Shown piece by piece: positions 24,501 through 38,700 of a stretch of 64,000 nucleotides of DNA. The notes below the pieces were generated by a model that was not told the DNA's origin, did no database searches, and saw nothing but the letters and a program-made list of their open reading frames with translations. The DNA is from Rhina ancylostomus. Its lineage: Eukaryota. The position numbers were made by a program, and so were the translations under genes. The stretch is from positions 36,311,131 through 36,375,130 of the forward strand of contig JARFYF010000074.1 of the NCBI GenBank assembly GCA_030265395.1, written 5' to 3'. Numbering within the stretch: position 1 is the first letter of the stretch; each line of letters begins with the position of its first letter.

Positions 24501-25289
24501 ATATGATGAATGACTTGGCTAATCTGTACGTGCCCCTCAATATTTACTAATCAGTGACTATTGATCAGTGGTGATGTGCTAGACACTCCATAACGTTGTG
24601 CAATCACACACGTTGAAGAAATAAGTCTGATGACCCACCTCTTAGGATTAGGAATTTCATTTGCCTCTCAAGAATTCAACTGTTTGACAAGATGGCAACC
24701 CATTTCTGTCTTACTCCTTTTCACGAGCAGAAACCAGTCATGCCGGCAGCCACACACACCCTGCATTACTGACAGAGTTAACCCACTCTTCCATTTGTCC
24801 ACCAGTCCACCCAATCTCGCCATTTACTGTTCAATCTCCATGAATCATGAAGATCTGAAAGTGGAACCAATGAATGCATTTCATGTGATCTCATAGAACT
24901 GAAACTTAACACTAGAGTATTATGTAAATTATCCATGCATATACCTTTGTGCAACTACCATGAAGTACTGTTCCTTTTTCCTAGAAGTTTTGTATGATGT
25001 AATGTTTGTGGCTTCAACAGGCAGCTGGCTCAGATCCTGAAACACTCTTGAGCAATAGTATCTGAGTGGTCTGGGTTTTGGAATCCACCATAGCCTGGTC
25101 CACTTGCACTTACACAGGGACTGATGTGGCTACTGAGACACTGATAGAAGTTGGGGAAATCAAAGGTGACAGGTGAGAAAGGAAAATTCTTTGATCAGAA
25201 TCACAGTTCCCTGTTGGCAATGAGCTGGTGAGCGCATTGCTGCAGGCCCTTGGAACTCTGAATTATCTCTCGTTCTTCTAATTTCTAGA

Positions 25290-26700
25290 GAATATAGGCA
25301 AAGTCTGCACCTTATCTGTTCATACAAGCCCTACCGTTCCAGGGATCAATCTGGGAGTGATAGGGATAGGGAAACCAAATCTGCATGCACTATTCCAAAT
25401 GTAGTTGCGCCAAGGCCCTATATAATTGCAGTAATATGTTTTTATTCTCATTCTCAATTAAGGCCAATTGCCTTACCAACAGTGCGCTATACTTGCAAGT
25501 TAACTTTCAGTGATTTGGTACAAGGATATGCAAGTGCCTTCAAATGGCAACACCTTTCAATCTTTCATCATGTAAAAAAAACTTATCTTTCTATTTTTAC
25601 TCCCTGTGAATGGTCTCGTTTTTCCACATTATATTCCATCCACCATGTCCATCTCCTTAACCTCTCTGTGTCCCCCTGAAGCCTCCCTGAATCCTCTTCA
25701 TAATCTGCATAGCCACACTGCTTTGCAGTGTCAGCAATCTTCGATATATAACAATTGGTCCCCTCATTTAAAGTCATTGCTATAGATTGCAAATAGCTGG
25801 GCCCTAGCACTGATTTCGCCAGGACCCACTAGTAACAGTTCCCAACCCATAAATGACCTATTAGTTCATCTCTCTGCTTACAGTCCATTTTACAATCTTC
25901 AGTTGGCTCCAGTATATTACCAACAATCCCATGTGCTAGAATCTTGTTTGCTAATCTCGTGTGTCACTTTATCAAAGGCTTTCTACAAGTCCAAGTACAC
26001 CATGTTCACTGCACGGCATTCTCTATTCTGCTAGTTACAACTCAAAACTCTTAACACGATTTTCAAGTTGATCCTGATCAATCTTGTTACTACTTTTTAA
26101 GTGCCCTGTTACCATATAATGTGATGAACTTCCCTAATATTTTCCCAATCACTTATAGTACTGATATCAGGCTACTTAGTGTGTAGTTTCCCATTTTCCT
26201 CCTTTCTTTAAATAGAAGGGTTTTGTTTAATCATATTGTTGATATTTCCTTGCAGCATAGAAGAAGGCCATTGAGCCCATGCCAGCTGTCAGAGCATTTC
26301 CATTTCTCTATTAATTTCCCATATAACCAATTATCCCCACATTCCCATCAACTCCCTGTCCCCAGATTCTGCCACTCACCTACACACTCTGGGAAATTTA
26401 GAATTGCCAATTCAGCTACCATCCTGCATGTCTGGAATGTGGGAGGAAACTGAAACACCCAGAAGAAACCCATGTGGTCATGGGGAAAATGTACAAACTC
26501 CACGTGGAAAACACCAGAGGTCAGATCCTTTAGATGGATGGGACTCATTCTAAAACGCGTGAAGTTTTGGAAGATGATGAACTGACCACTGCCTGCTTAG
26601 CCACCTTTGTCCAAACCTTAGGATGTAGGTCATCTGGTCCTGGCATTTATCAGCTTTCACTCTCATTATTGTTAACCACAGCTGGACTGCTTTTCCTATT
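25290..26700 (-). mobile_element. CR1 ORF2 fragment interrupted by a V-SINE
   Basis: The minus ORF 25583-25810 has ISKIADTAK..RLQGD..RL..W...W.MEYNVEK (decayed FADD region). CR1 sequence resumes after 26540 with a KADK motif. Confidence 0.8.
26255..26530 (-). mobile_element. V-SINE nested in CR1
   Basis: GGAATGTGGGAGGAAACTGAAACACCCAGAAGAAACCCATGTGGTCATGGGGAAAATGTACAAACTCCAC. Confidence 0.85.
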
Positions 26701-27789
26701 GGGTGTTGTGCCTTAAAGGGATATATAGTCATTATAAACCATATATTAATTGTTTAAATGTTAGCCTTTACTTGCTTGCTGTCATACCTTTTAATTTCCG
26801 AATATATCTTTGCCAACTTTTGCCTTGTCGCTATCTAGATTGTTTTATTTTCAGATTGAACTAAATCTCTTTGTCTTCATATAAAATTCAATAATTCCAA
26901 AGGCATGAAACATTATGCTACTCATGCTCCATATGTACCTCTCTATCCTCAGTGCACGAGAGNNNNNNNNNNCTGTCAGATTATCACACAGTCTGCTCCA
27001 AAAGTATACCGTTAGTGGTCTCTGAGGTGCAGCGTCTACATCCAGCTGAGTTTGGTCAGTATTGCACCATGTGACACAAGATTTCCACTCTATTCGCTGT
27101 CTCTACCAACTGACCCTGCGTTCTTGTGATGTGTGATTCATCGTTGCAAACCCAGCTACTTCTCTCACCAAATTTATCAATGTATATGTATCAGAACCAG
27201 AGTTATTTCGGGGGTGGGGGGGGGGAGAGGGGTGTAGCATGCCAGGCCAAAGTTAAGTGATAGTATACTCTTAGAGTGAATTATTTTCCCCAAGAAGGAG
27301 CCAATGGCATCATCATGCTGTACGCATGCCTTAATTGGCAAGTGAAGGCCTTGTAGGAAGGAAGTGAAAGGCTTGAATTAGAATTGTGAATGTAAGTATA
27401 TTTAAGGTTATCATTTTTCTTTCAGTACTAACTTAAGGTCTTTTTAATTGAGAGCAGTAAACAATAGAGTTGATGAAACCCCCTACCCCTCTTCCCTTTC
27501 TTTCATGCCCATGAATTTGGCCACACTGATTGCATCCAGCATGGCTTTATCTGCAGGTGTCAATTAGCTAGTGGCTAGAGGGCCACCTGTGATTCTCTGA
27601 ATCTTCCTCATGTTTTGTGCTCTCATCTTCAACATGGGTAAGAGTGCGAGTGCTGTCATGTGTTGCCCAAAGACCGAATACTATTTGTTAATGGTGGCTG
27701 AGATGAAGGCATGACTCTTCAAATCTCCATACCAACCCACCTTTCTCCCCCACCACCTGAGCACATTAGATTGACAACCACAAACCTTG

Positions 27790-28240
27790 GCACTGATCCA
27801 TTGCCCCCACACCCCTCTTCATATCACAGTTCTCTCTTCATGTTCTCTACATTTCCACTCCCTCTTTCCACTCTTCCTTCCCATACTCTTTGCCCTTTTC
27901 CAAACCCCCGTTCCTAAAATCACCTATTGCTTATCCCCCACTCCTCACTACTCCACCAGTCCNNNNNNNNNNNNNNNNNNNNNNNNNNNNNNNNNNNNNN
28001 NNNNNNNNNNNNNNNNNNNNNNNNNNNNNNNNNNNNNNNNNNNNNNNNNNNNNNNNNNNNNNCTTCCCATACTCTTTCCCCTTTTCCAATCCCCCTTTCC
28101 TATAATCCCCTATTGCTTAGCCCCACCTCCTCACTACTCCACAAGTCCTCTCCCACCTCCTCCCCCTTCCTATCTCTTCTCCACTTCCTTCTCTCCCCTT
28201 CACCCTCATCTTCTTTGCCTTCTCTCCTTCCCCTTTTTGC
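27790..28240 (+). repeat. Pyrimidine-rich low-complexity tract with an ~85-bp unit on both sides of a gap
   Basis: CTTCCCATACTCTTT..CTCCTCACTACTCCAC.AGTCC occurs at about 27877-27962 and 28063-28148. Confidence 0.8.
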
Positions 28241-30559
28241 AACTAGTTTTTATGCATTAAAATGTTATTAAATATTCCTATATTTAAACTTCACCATGTA
28301 TACCCCATCCAATACACATTTTGGCTGATGAAGCATTTTGATTAATATGTTACATTTTGCAGGTTTATATTAATTCATTACAACACAGCCATAAGGCAGT
28401 AACTGAGAAATATACTTAAAATATATTAATGACTTTAGCCTCACAAGATTAACAATTAAGTCGCACGTTTTACTCCAAATTCAAATTATTTTTTTCCTGT
28501 AAATTCACAGTGGTGTGTGTTAAATCATGGGTTTCACATTCCTGTTCATTTTTCACCTGCACTCTGCCAATGATGGGGAGCAAGACGGGGAGGGGTAAAG
28601 AGATACTGAAGGAGACTATGTCAGCCTTTAAGGGGAGAGGAGACAATTGAAGAGGAATCTTTCTGTATATTGCTTTGACCCTTTCTGAAGGGGCTAATTT
28701 CATTGAATGTTTTGTACAGCAACAATGTTGTCTACACAGTAATAAATGTATTTGATTAGAGCTCTAATAGGTTTATTACCAGATAGATGGACTCACTGTT
28801 TTACTGATGATTGCACTTGGGTGCAGTAAAAAATCAATTCAAGGGGTTAGAATTTCAAATGGCATTCATAACCTTGCCAAAAGAATGATGAAAGTTGTTT
28901 GATTAAGGCAGGGAACAACCAGCCATGTTTTAAACTATTTAAAAACTTGTAATCCAATGCCATTATAGTGATAAAGCACATTGATTATCATAGATGGTCA
29001 GCAATAGATAATGGGATTTTAACCAGTGGAGTTGGTATATGGAGGATTAGATGAGCTACTGTGTCTGAATGCATGGATTAGCAGATCACAACAGCTCTAT
29101 TTTTGATGGGATGGAACTCTATTTAAACAAGCGTAGAATGGTCTTCAAGCTACCACAGTCATGTCCAACTGCAGCTGTGAAAACGTTTTCTTTAATAAGA
29201 CATAATCTATAATAAATGATGGACTGAGTACAGACCATACATTCTCTTATAACTGCTCTGGTTTCTGAATGTTAGATTAGCATCTGTGGTCAAGAGTTTA
29301 ATGGTTTAAATTTTAGTTCAGTTGAGATTAAAATGGTTTAGTGGNNNNNNNNNNTGGTCTTAACTCTGTTGCAACCACTGCTTCATCTTAAAATAACTAT
29401 TGTCTGAGAACTGAATATTTGATCAATGAATTAGTACTTAGGAAGTATCTTGTGTGTATGAATAGCTGCATAGATTGTAGAAGTGAGATTCAATGGCTAA
29501 AATGCATTATTGTTAATAGGAATTTAAACATTTTCAATTAGATATCGGTATTGATTTTTCATTTGTATCATAAATTAAATTGAAATGGTTAAAAACAATG
29601 ACTTTTTTCCTGAAATGATAGCCATCCTGACCACTTAAAAATGTGTTCTTAACATACTGTAAGTCGACACACAGTAGCTCATTATACTAGAACAGCTGTC
29701 AGCTATAAATGGAATACAACTTGCTTGATACAATCAATATTGCAGAAGCCTAGCAGCTCGTTTTACTGTGTATATATTGGCTGTTGATCCCTGGAGCACA
29801 CACAAATTGAAGATGTTTGTTCTAGAGATGAACTGCCCAAAGTATAAATTGACATCTTAACACATGTTAAATCAACAAAAATTTAATTAAAAAGTTTTAA
29901 GCCTGCAAAGACTTTTAGAAGAGACAGACATGTATTCGATGTAAAAACGATGAGCATCTCAATCAACAGTGCAATTCAGAACTTCCCATAGGTCTCTGTC
30001 AGTGCCAGCATGATTAGTACAATACTGCAGAACACATCTCACCATATAATTATGTAATAGATATTTGCTCCTCTTGCTTCACACATTTTCTCAATTTTGC
30101 GATCCCCATTAAGTTTTTACTGTACATTTTAAATTCATGAAGTAATAAAATGAATGTGACTTAAATTAATCAGTGCATGGATATAGTTGAATATTTTTTG
30201 TAAACTTAAGATGATCTGTTGTTTCTAATGCCTTGGAAATGACATGCATTGTGTTAATTACATTGAATATCAAACATCTGTCAGAAACTAGTTTGATCCT
30301 ACTGAAGCTTTGGAGATGTTATTTTGCAAGTTCCTATTCTGCCCTGTGGCTGTATTTCTTTTAATGTTGGTTCAATTGTGTTTCAGTTTTTTCTTTGCTG
30401 ATTGCAGACCATATTGCTGCTGGTTTTTTTGTGATAAGATTCTATAAAGCAGAAAAAGATAGGATTCATCATGTCCTTGTTAGTGCTTAAGTCTTTGCTT
30501 CACTGTTATAGATTCAAGTCCAAAGGTTGTTGAGCATTCAGGTTTTGCAGCTGCAATCA

Positions 30560-30870
30560 CCAGAATAATGCCAGGTCATAAAAAAAGTCAGTTGTGAGGA
30601 CTTTTTGCATAAATCTGGATTTGTTATCTATTAAATTTAGTGTCTTGACAGGTGAATTGATAAAGGGATAGGCAACAGTTTTTCACACAAAGGATAGTGA
30701 AACATGGAAAAGCTGTATCAGAAATTTTAAATTTGAGATGTACTTTTGTTAGGTGAGAGTCTTGAGGAATAAGAAGCAAAGGTGGGTAAGTACAGTTGAA
30801 GTACAGGTTAGTCATGATATAATGAATGATCCAACCTGAGTGGTTGATTATCCTTGTTCCTGTATCCCCA
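30560..30870 (+). mobile_element. Old CR1 3' fragment
   Basis: TCACCAGAATAATGCCAGG (FTR.MPG) and TTTTTCACACAAAGGATAGTG (FFTQRIV). Confidence 0.6.
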
Positions 30871-31654
30871 TATCTATATTTGTGAATGTTTTAACTCTTA
30901 GTGCATATATAGTTAGAACTCTAAGAATATTCAGTCATGAGATAACCATAGAAGGAGTGCAAAAAATTGTATAGTAAGTCTGCCAGATCTTAAATTAGAG
31001 ATGTTTGGGTCACCTATCTCTATGCCCAACACCCAGCCCACCATAATTATAATTTGTCCACAGAACAAACTTTCAGATAGATTACTACAGTTAAATGCAA
31101 AATGACTCTTTCCAAACAGTATCTCATTCAACATTCCCTCTGTCACCAGTGTTGCATTTCCTGAGAAACATTGTTAATGAAGTAAATTAGGAATGATTCA
31201 ATGCTATGGGCCCATCATCATGTCCACTAGGAAGTGGATGGAGACATCTTGATACCAGTTGATATAAAATTTTACTTTAAAAAAAACAGAAACTTGTTTA
31301 AATTTAGTCATAGCTAAAATGCGTGGCTTGTTTCTTTTAAACAGTAACTTTTGTTAAGAGTATGAGTTAAGTAGGTTTGTTCCATCAGAATTTTCATCTG
31401 GTTTAGATCTAGTTTATACTGATTTCATTCTGCTTGTATCTCTCCCTTCTTAAAACCTGCCAAAAATAGATTATGTGCTATGTCAAGAGATTTTTTTTCA
31501 TCTAACTGACTTTGTCATTAATGCCACTGTGACAGCAATGTAGGAAATTATGTGTCCACCAAAGAGAAAGTGTTCTAGCTTTGCTCTTCAACACTCAGAT
31601 GGGCATTCAGGTGATACAGCATTCACTATTAGCCACAAATTCTGGGAGCATCTT

Positions 31655-31900
31655 GTTATCTTCTTGGATGATATCTCAGGATGAAAGATGATTTTCTTCC
31701 CCTTTGGTTTTGTGTGTTTTGAGGTGCTATTGAGGCCAATGTGGAAACTATAAACGTTTTCCACAGATAGGTCAGGCAGATGGGTGGATGGTTTATGACG
31801 GCTTTAGCCACTAACAAAATGTTTCCCAAACCTCTGCTATGGTTCCAATATCCCACTTATGGGATATATCCTCACTCAGCTTGCAAGGTGAGGTATGTCC
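31655..31900 (-). mobile_element. RTE-clade LINE 3' end
   Basis: The reverse complement ATCTGTGGAAAACG..CACATTGGCCTCAATAGCACCTCAAAAC aligns with the RTE 3' end at 53765-53880. Confidence 0.6.
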
Positions 31901-33783
31901 ACAAAATTGCTTCTATTACTTGAAATTGCATTCTTTCATATTCGAGTCAAGAGATTGCTTTTGGCTCAACTTCTTCTGTTGAATTCTAAAGGCCAAATTT
32001 GGTTACCAAAGCTAAAGTACTTTCTTAATCTCTTTATCAAGTGTTCTGCAGATGTATACAGTACATTGCAGTAGTTTGTGAACTTGTGCTTTATTTCAAG
32101 TTATTGGCCAAGCAATGTTTCATGCTGAGTTTTGAATATTTTTAGAACCCATGCTTCTTGCTGCGAGGGCAGAATAATTAAAGCTATTCCATTTCAAATC
32201 ATATTAAAAGAAGACATTAGAATATGTTTGATACAATTCTGCTTCATAAGGTTTGCAGAGTCCATTGAAACTGAAAGCTCTTGTCAGAAATGAGCTGTTC
32301 AACTGAACTAAGATGTTCAGTTGTAGACTTTAGTTCATCTGTAATGCATTCAGGGACATGAATCCATGTGTTTCACTTTAATCCACTTGGAACGAACTTC
32401 ACTCACTACCAGGAAAATGTTAACTTTTTTACAAAAAGCTTGTTCCTGCATCTTTGGGAGGAAAGATTTTTGGCCAAATTTCACACTGAATAAACAGGAG
32501 GAGCCAGTCTGAGAGTAATTGCTGGAAGCCTTGTTACTGGCCCTGTTTGGACAGAGATGTTGAATCATTGACAGGACCACTGTCACAAGACCTGGACAGA
32601 ATCACAGAAGTACTGCACCAATACTAGGAACAATCTTATCTCTAATATTTAAAGGCAATGGTTCATTGGCCTCTCCTATTTGCTTCATTGATTGTAGGGC
32701 ACTGGATCAATCTTGTAATCAAGATTTACTGATTTTCATTACCAAATTATTGAAATGTTTTATTTCAGTTCCTGTTCTGTTCATGTATCCTCCTAAATAC
32801 TTCCTCCAAAAATCAGATTTTCTTCTGTGATGTAGCAATCAACAGATCATTTTGGTTGCACAAGAAAGTTTTCACTCATTGCAAGATTACATCAGTTGTG
32901 GGCTGAAAAAAATTGGGCAATATCTAGACTCTACTCCACTTTGTGTATGTTGATGATCAAGTAATACTGACTATTTGTGTCAACAATCAGTAGTGCATAG
33001 GCATGGGGACTCCAAATTTTTGAATACCTCTGATCCTGCTTAGCCTAAGTACAAGTCTTGCAAATAGATAATGGATGTTGTCATTAACAGCTTGATGTAG
33101 TATGATACTTTAGTTTTCCATAGAGAGATATCACACTGTTTTATGTGTCCTAAACCATACCACTTTTGGTGAGACTTATATCATTGATTTTCTTAAGCAC
33201 GGTGTTTTTTGTTCTAGTCTATTCACTTTGTTCTCAACGGACTCTAGTATGCAAGACTACTCTGCACTTGCAACAGATTAGCTTTACATTGGGCCTGATG
33301 CAATGTGCACATTGTACCTTAAAATGCCAGTCTAGCTCTCTAAGAACAAATTGATTTACCTTTCCAACAGAGTCAAAGTATGACTTTGAAGTTGTAAATA
33401 TTTTTCCAACTCAGCATAAGTTGTCTTCGTTAGATTAATGTTGACCTGTTTTCTTTGCTTTCTGCATTAATAGATGAGCTTTACTCATTGTCTGTTGGGT
33501 TGCATGTCATTTGCCCTAATGTATATAAAACCTTAGCAAAGTTAGTTTTCAGTTTCATAGTGCTTTCTATCAATGATATCTGGCTGAACTTGCAAGCATA
33601 AGTGTCTTGACTTGTTATCATATAGTCTGCAGCAGTATCAGTTTGCAAGTCAATGCACCAGTTGTTAATCAACACTTTAACTCAAAAGCCTGACTAATTG
33701 CTGCTGCAACAGCTTGTGTCACAGGTACTATACTATTCCATTTCCTCATTGTCTGAATGAGCCTGAAAACTATGAAATGCTCC

Positions 33784-34232
33784 TAGAAACATAGAAAACC
33801 TACAGCACAATTCAGGCCCTTCAGCCCACAAAGCTGTGCTGAACGTGTCCCTACATTAGAAATTACGGGGCTTACCCATAGCCCTCTATTTTTCTCAGCT
33901 CCATGTACCTATCCAAAAGTCTCTTAAAGGACCCTATCGTATCCACCTCCACCACCGTTGCCGGCAGCCCATTCCACGCACTCAACACTCTCTGAGTAAA
34001 AAATTTACTCCTGACATCTCCTCTGTACCTACTCCCCAGCACCTTAAACCTGTGTCCTCTCATGGCCACCATTTCAGCCCTGGGAAAGAGCCTCTGACTA
34101 TCCACCAGCTCAATGCCTCTCATCATCGTATACACCTCTATCAGGTCCCCCCTCATCCTCTGTTGCTCCAAGGAGAAATGTCCGAGTTCACTCAACCTGT
34201 TTTCATTAGGCATGCTCCCCAATCCAGGCAAC
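33784..34232 (-). mobile_element. Young 5'-truncated CR1 LINE
   Basis: Uninterrupted ORF2 C-terminus LPGL..RL..LG.FSLE..RMRGDLIEVY..FFTQRV..WNGLP..SFKRLLD, then a 3' UTR and TTTCTATGTTTCTA tail. Confidence 0.95.
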
Positions 34233-34679
34233 AGGTTTGTGTGGCTGCTGAAATATAGAGGATAACTTTTCTTATTTAATTATGGAGAGTTGAAGCTGCT
34301 GGGGACATTAGGTCTCTGAAATCAAACCTGTGAGTGTAAAAATTGTGTTTGTTTTCTTTTAATGCACTTTGGAAATAAAGAAATTTGAGCAAAACTTGTC
34401 AAATTCCATAGGTGATGTATACAATAGCCTTAAGTAATAGCGTGGGTGTAGGTTGTGTAAGGCTATAGATAAAAGAACTTAATTGCTTTTCCTCCTATGG
34501 AAACCTACACTACTCCCCATCAACTACTAATAATCCCTCCCTTCCACCCACTCACTTCTGTATGTGTGTCTTAGAAAATTCCAATGTTTTTTCCAAATAA
34601 TTCCTATTTCCAGTAAACAATCTTACGATCAATAATTCAGTGCCAGCAATGCACTAAATTAGACCTCACAAAGTGAAAG

Positions 34680-34970
34680 TACGACGGTACAGCTAGCAGA
34701 GCTTCAGAGACCTGTGTTCACTCCTGACTCCAGTGATGCTTGTGTGAAGTTTGTCGGCTCTCCCTGTTACCCCATGGGTTTCCTCCGGGTGGGCTGGTTG
34801 GTGGGTGAGAGAGCCATTGCAAGTTGCCTTAGTGTGTTGGTTAATGGTAGAATTTGGAGGGAGTTGATAGGAATGTAGGGAGATAAGTTATTGGGAAAAA
34901 AGTGCTGAACGGGATTTTTCTGAGAGGTGGCATGGAATCGGTGGTCTGATATATCCTCTTTCTGTGTTGT
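34680..34970 (+). mobile_element. V-SINE (decayed)
   Basis: GACCTGTGTTCACTCCTGAC B-box region, GTGAAGTTTG..CTCTCCCTGT..ATGGGTTTCCTCCGGGTG V-domain and a CR1-like tail. Confidence 0.75.
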
Positions 34971-35029
34971 GAGGAAATATGGTCGATGACCAGAAAGAGA
35001 ACTTCAAGATTATTAAAGGATAGATGGAA

Positions 35030-35300
35030 ATGGCTTTTCTCCACATGGGAAGTGACTATAATTAGGGGTCATTAATGTAAGGCAGTCATTAATAAGTCTC
35101 AAAGGATTCTGAGAAGATTTTTTTTATCCAGAAAGCAGGACAAATTCCTACAAGGCTTGTTTGAGATGATTAGCCTCGGCAGCATTAGCAAAGGAAAGCT
35201 GGATAAACATGAGAAAGGAAAGATGTGCTGAGAAGGAGGGATGAGAAAAGATGAGAAGAGTCTTGTGCAGGGCATAAACACACACATTGTCCTGTCGTGT
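35030..35300 (+). mobile_element. Old CR1 3' fragment
   Basis: Decayed TRGH..K and RR.FF.Q motifs followed by a UTR resembling 12700-12870. Confidence 0.55.
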
Positions 35301-35417
35301 CAAGTGGTTGTCTCTGTNNNNNNNNNNNNNNNNNNNNNNNNNNNNNNNNNNNNNNNNNNNNNNNNNNNNNNNNNNNNNNNNNNNNNNNNNNNNNNNNNNN
35401 NNNNNNNNNNNNNNNNN

Positions 35418-35705
35418 TCCCATGCCTCCTTACTTTCTCAATAAGCCTTGCATGGGATACCTTATCAAACACCTTGCTGAAATCCATATACCCTACGTCT
35501 ACTGCTCTTTCTTCATTGATATGTTTAGTCACATCCTCAAAAAATTCAATCAGGCTCATAAGGCAGACCTGCCCTTGACAAAGCCATGCTGACTACTTAA
35601 TCATATTATACCTCTTCAAATGTTAATAAATCCTGCCTCTCAGGATCTTCTCTATCAACTTACCAACCACTGAAGTAAGACTCTCACTGGTCTATAATCT
35701 CCTAT
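35418..35705 (-). mobile_element. CR1 RT fragment
   Basis: Encodes LIEFFEDVTKHINEERAVDVGYMDFSKVFDKVSHARLIEKVRRHG. Confidence 0.9.
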
Positions 35706-38700
35706 CTGATATTATTTTGAATTACCACAGTGATTGCTATTATTGCTTGTCTTAACCTTGGATCTGCAGACAGCCAAGAGTGAACCCTCTGTTTGGTAAT
35801 CAGAACACTTTGTTGTCCTTATCTGACAAAACTATGATAAGTTATGGATATTGCAGTGATGGCAATTGACTAAACTGGTCTCACCAGTACACTTCAGACA
35901 TGGTTTCACTTACTTGGACTTTGCCAAGGCTGTCTAGCATTGTTGAATGCCATTTTCATTGACGTGGCAATTTTACATGCAAGTTTTCCTGTTAGCTTCT
36001 GTGTGCACAAGTGCTTTGACTGAATTTGTGCATCTATCACATACAGAATGATCTAAATGGCACTAAAATTGCACTTTGTACTTGCAATTGCACAATCAAG
36101 AAAGTCCCTTAATAAAACAATGCACTCACCAATTATCTCAGCCTGCCTCTTTTTCCTTGCCCCAAGCTTATAGCTTTCAGATATTTTGATTAACCTTCCA
36201 GTTTCTACTTAACATATTTTGCATTCTGTGGCATAAGATTTGTCAGAGCAACATATGCACCTGGCCCAATCTCTTTCAGGAATATTGCTATTTTATACCC
36301 CCTCAACATATTATTGTGGATTCTCACAACATCACCATCCTCTTAAATCTCCAGAATATTTTTCACTTCAAAGAATGTGTCCATTGTGTAAGCTCTCAAG
36401 TTCATTTGTACATGCAGAGGTCCCTGATGTAACCAATTAGGGCTCACATGTTACCCCTTCCTTTTCAGCAGTGGCATGACTGAAATTGGTGTGTGCAATT
36501 GGCCACTGACGCTTGAGGAGAACCTTAATGATTAAAAGAGATAACTTAAATGAGTAAAACATTTAAGTACCCTAAATGCAATCAGCTACATAACAACCAT
36601 CCATAATCTACAACTGTAAGAAAACATTACTGATTATATGTTTATGCATGATGTCATAATTCCTATACTACTTAATTACATTGGAGAGAGAAAATGTTCT
36701 TAAATACCTGTCTGCTATGGACAAAAGTTTCCATCCTTTGTTAGCCTCCGTTGATCCACCACATTTTATTCCATGCGCCAATCCCAACTTTCCCTGATTC
36801 CTACATTGCATCTCCTAGCTGAAAGACCAGTGCAAATGTACCATTAGCTTTGAACAAGAGAACCAGCTGGTTAGATCCAATAGTCCAAGGATGTAAATAT
36901 TGAAGAGCTACCTCCTAATTCAATATTTCTTTATTTAATTAATTTAAATAAGTGAGTTATATTGATTGAAGCACTGCCCTATATTGTATTTGAACCAGTT
37001 GCAACATCATCCTTCTCTTTGATATTCTGTTAGAGCTTAATTTCCAGTCCATAATCCTGTAATGAAATATGTTTTGTTAGCAAGCTGTTTATGAAAGAAA
37101 CTACTTATGAAAAAAGTTGATAAGGGTTACAAAATGTGATGAGGTCCATTTGTCACTGTGGTGTGCTTTACCATCTGGTCAGGATCTTTACTGAGAAAGC
37201 CAGGTGGTCACTTCATGCTTTGTGTATCTCTTCTAACTGCAAATGGTCAAAGTGAGAGATGTAAGGGAAGGAATGAGGTCTTCATGCTTTTTCTAGAACT
37301 CCTTCATTACAGTTTATTCATGGAACCTTGGACCTGGGTTGGTGAAATTAAATTTCAGCTGCTCATTATGACAAATACCATCAAACCAATGGTAAAAGTA
37401 TAGGCTTTGTGATGTCCATAATGTGTTTTTAAAGTTCATGCCCTTTTTGTATGAATGTTAGCAGTGTAAAGTATAAAGTGAAGACTGTTAGACATTAACT
37501 TTAGCATTAATATTTTTAAAAAGTGAAATCAAAAACTGGGTGTGAAGTGCATTTACTCTTGCCCTTTCTGTACCATTGCTGAAGAGTAATTTCATCTCCA
37601 TTATGATTAATGGTAATCCTTTTACCCCAAGATATATTCATTTTAGGACACTATTTAAAAGATATTGCTCCTGCTCCAATAACCTCACTTTTATTGAATT
37701 TGGATGGCAATGTTGTTTTGCCTAGAGAAGATGTCATCAGATTCCAGTTGTTAATAAAGTTGTTTAAGATTTCTAATTGAGGTGTTGCATTTTACTTTTG
37801 TGTTTGTACTCGCTGTTCAGTTGATGGCAAAGATTGGCATGATCAGTCACAAGATTTGTTACCTTGCCAGTTTTGCTAAGGTTGCATTTTCATTCCTATA
37901 AAAGGATTTGCTTCATTTAATTGCTCAACATTTACAGGAATGCTTATCCTTATCAATCCTATTCAGCAGTTGTGTAGTACATAAAATATATATTCATTTT
38001 TACTACTATTTTATGGTGCATTATGACTGTGAAGCCAAGGACCAGTCAAGGTATGAATGAGAATGTCAAAAGTTCCAAGTCCAAATGACAGTGGATTCAG
38101 CCACCAATGAAGTAGCAAAATGGTTCCTCAAGAACTGAAGATCAATCATGTATGTGGATGGCAGTTATAGTAAATTAAGAGTACCATATATGGTTTGAAA
38201 TGATCTAAGAAACACAATCTGAAAAACTTACAGGATAAACCATTTTTCCTTTCCTTTCAATATTCATAATACAAGCAGAAAAAAATAACCTATGCAGTAA
38301 AATAGCTAGTGTTTCATGATTAGAATAAGATTAATAATACTAATAATATAACAAATTGACATTAATTATTAACCATGCCATATACTTCAAGGTTAACTGG
38401 ACACAACCATAGGATTTTAAGGGTCACTAAAATTATTAACTTCGCAGAGCATTTTGATGAATTTTTATCAAACATCCAACTTCTTTGACCAGTATTTATT
38501 ATTGACAAGAATGTGAGATTAAAATAAAGAATTTACATTTATATAGTGCCCTTTGTCCCCTCAAAATATCCTGGAGCACTTCACAGTGCAGCTTGAATCC
38601 ATAGCTTATCTGCTCAGAGGCAAGAGATTTACCATGGATTCTTGCAGCACAAAGAACATTTTTAATAATAGAAAAGATTCAAATCTTGTCACGATGATGC

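Noticed and set aside
34721-34733. CTCCTGACTCCAG equals the first 13 nt of mammalian miR-378-5p as I recall it; that miRNA is hosted in PPARGC1B intron 1
   Set aside because: It lies in the B-box region of a decayed V-SINE. There is no complementary ACTGGACTTGGAGTCAG arm and no hairpin nearby, so it is most likely coincidence.
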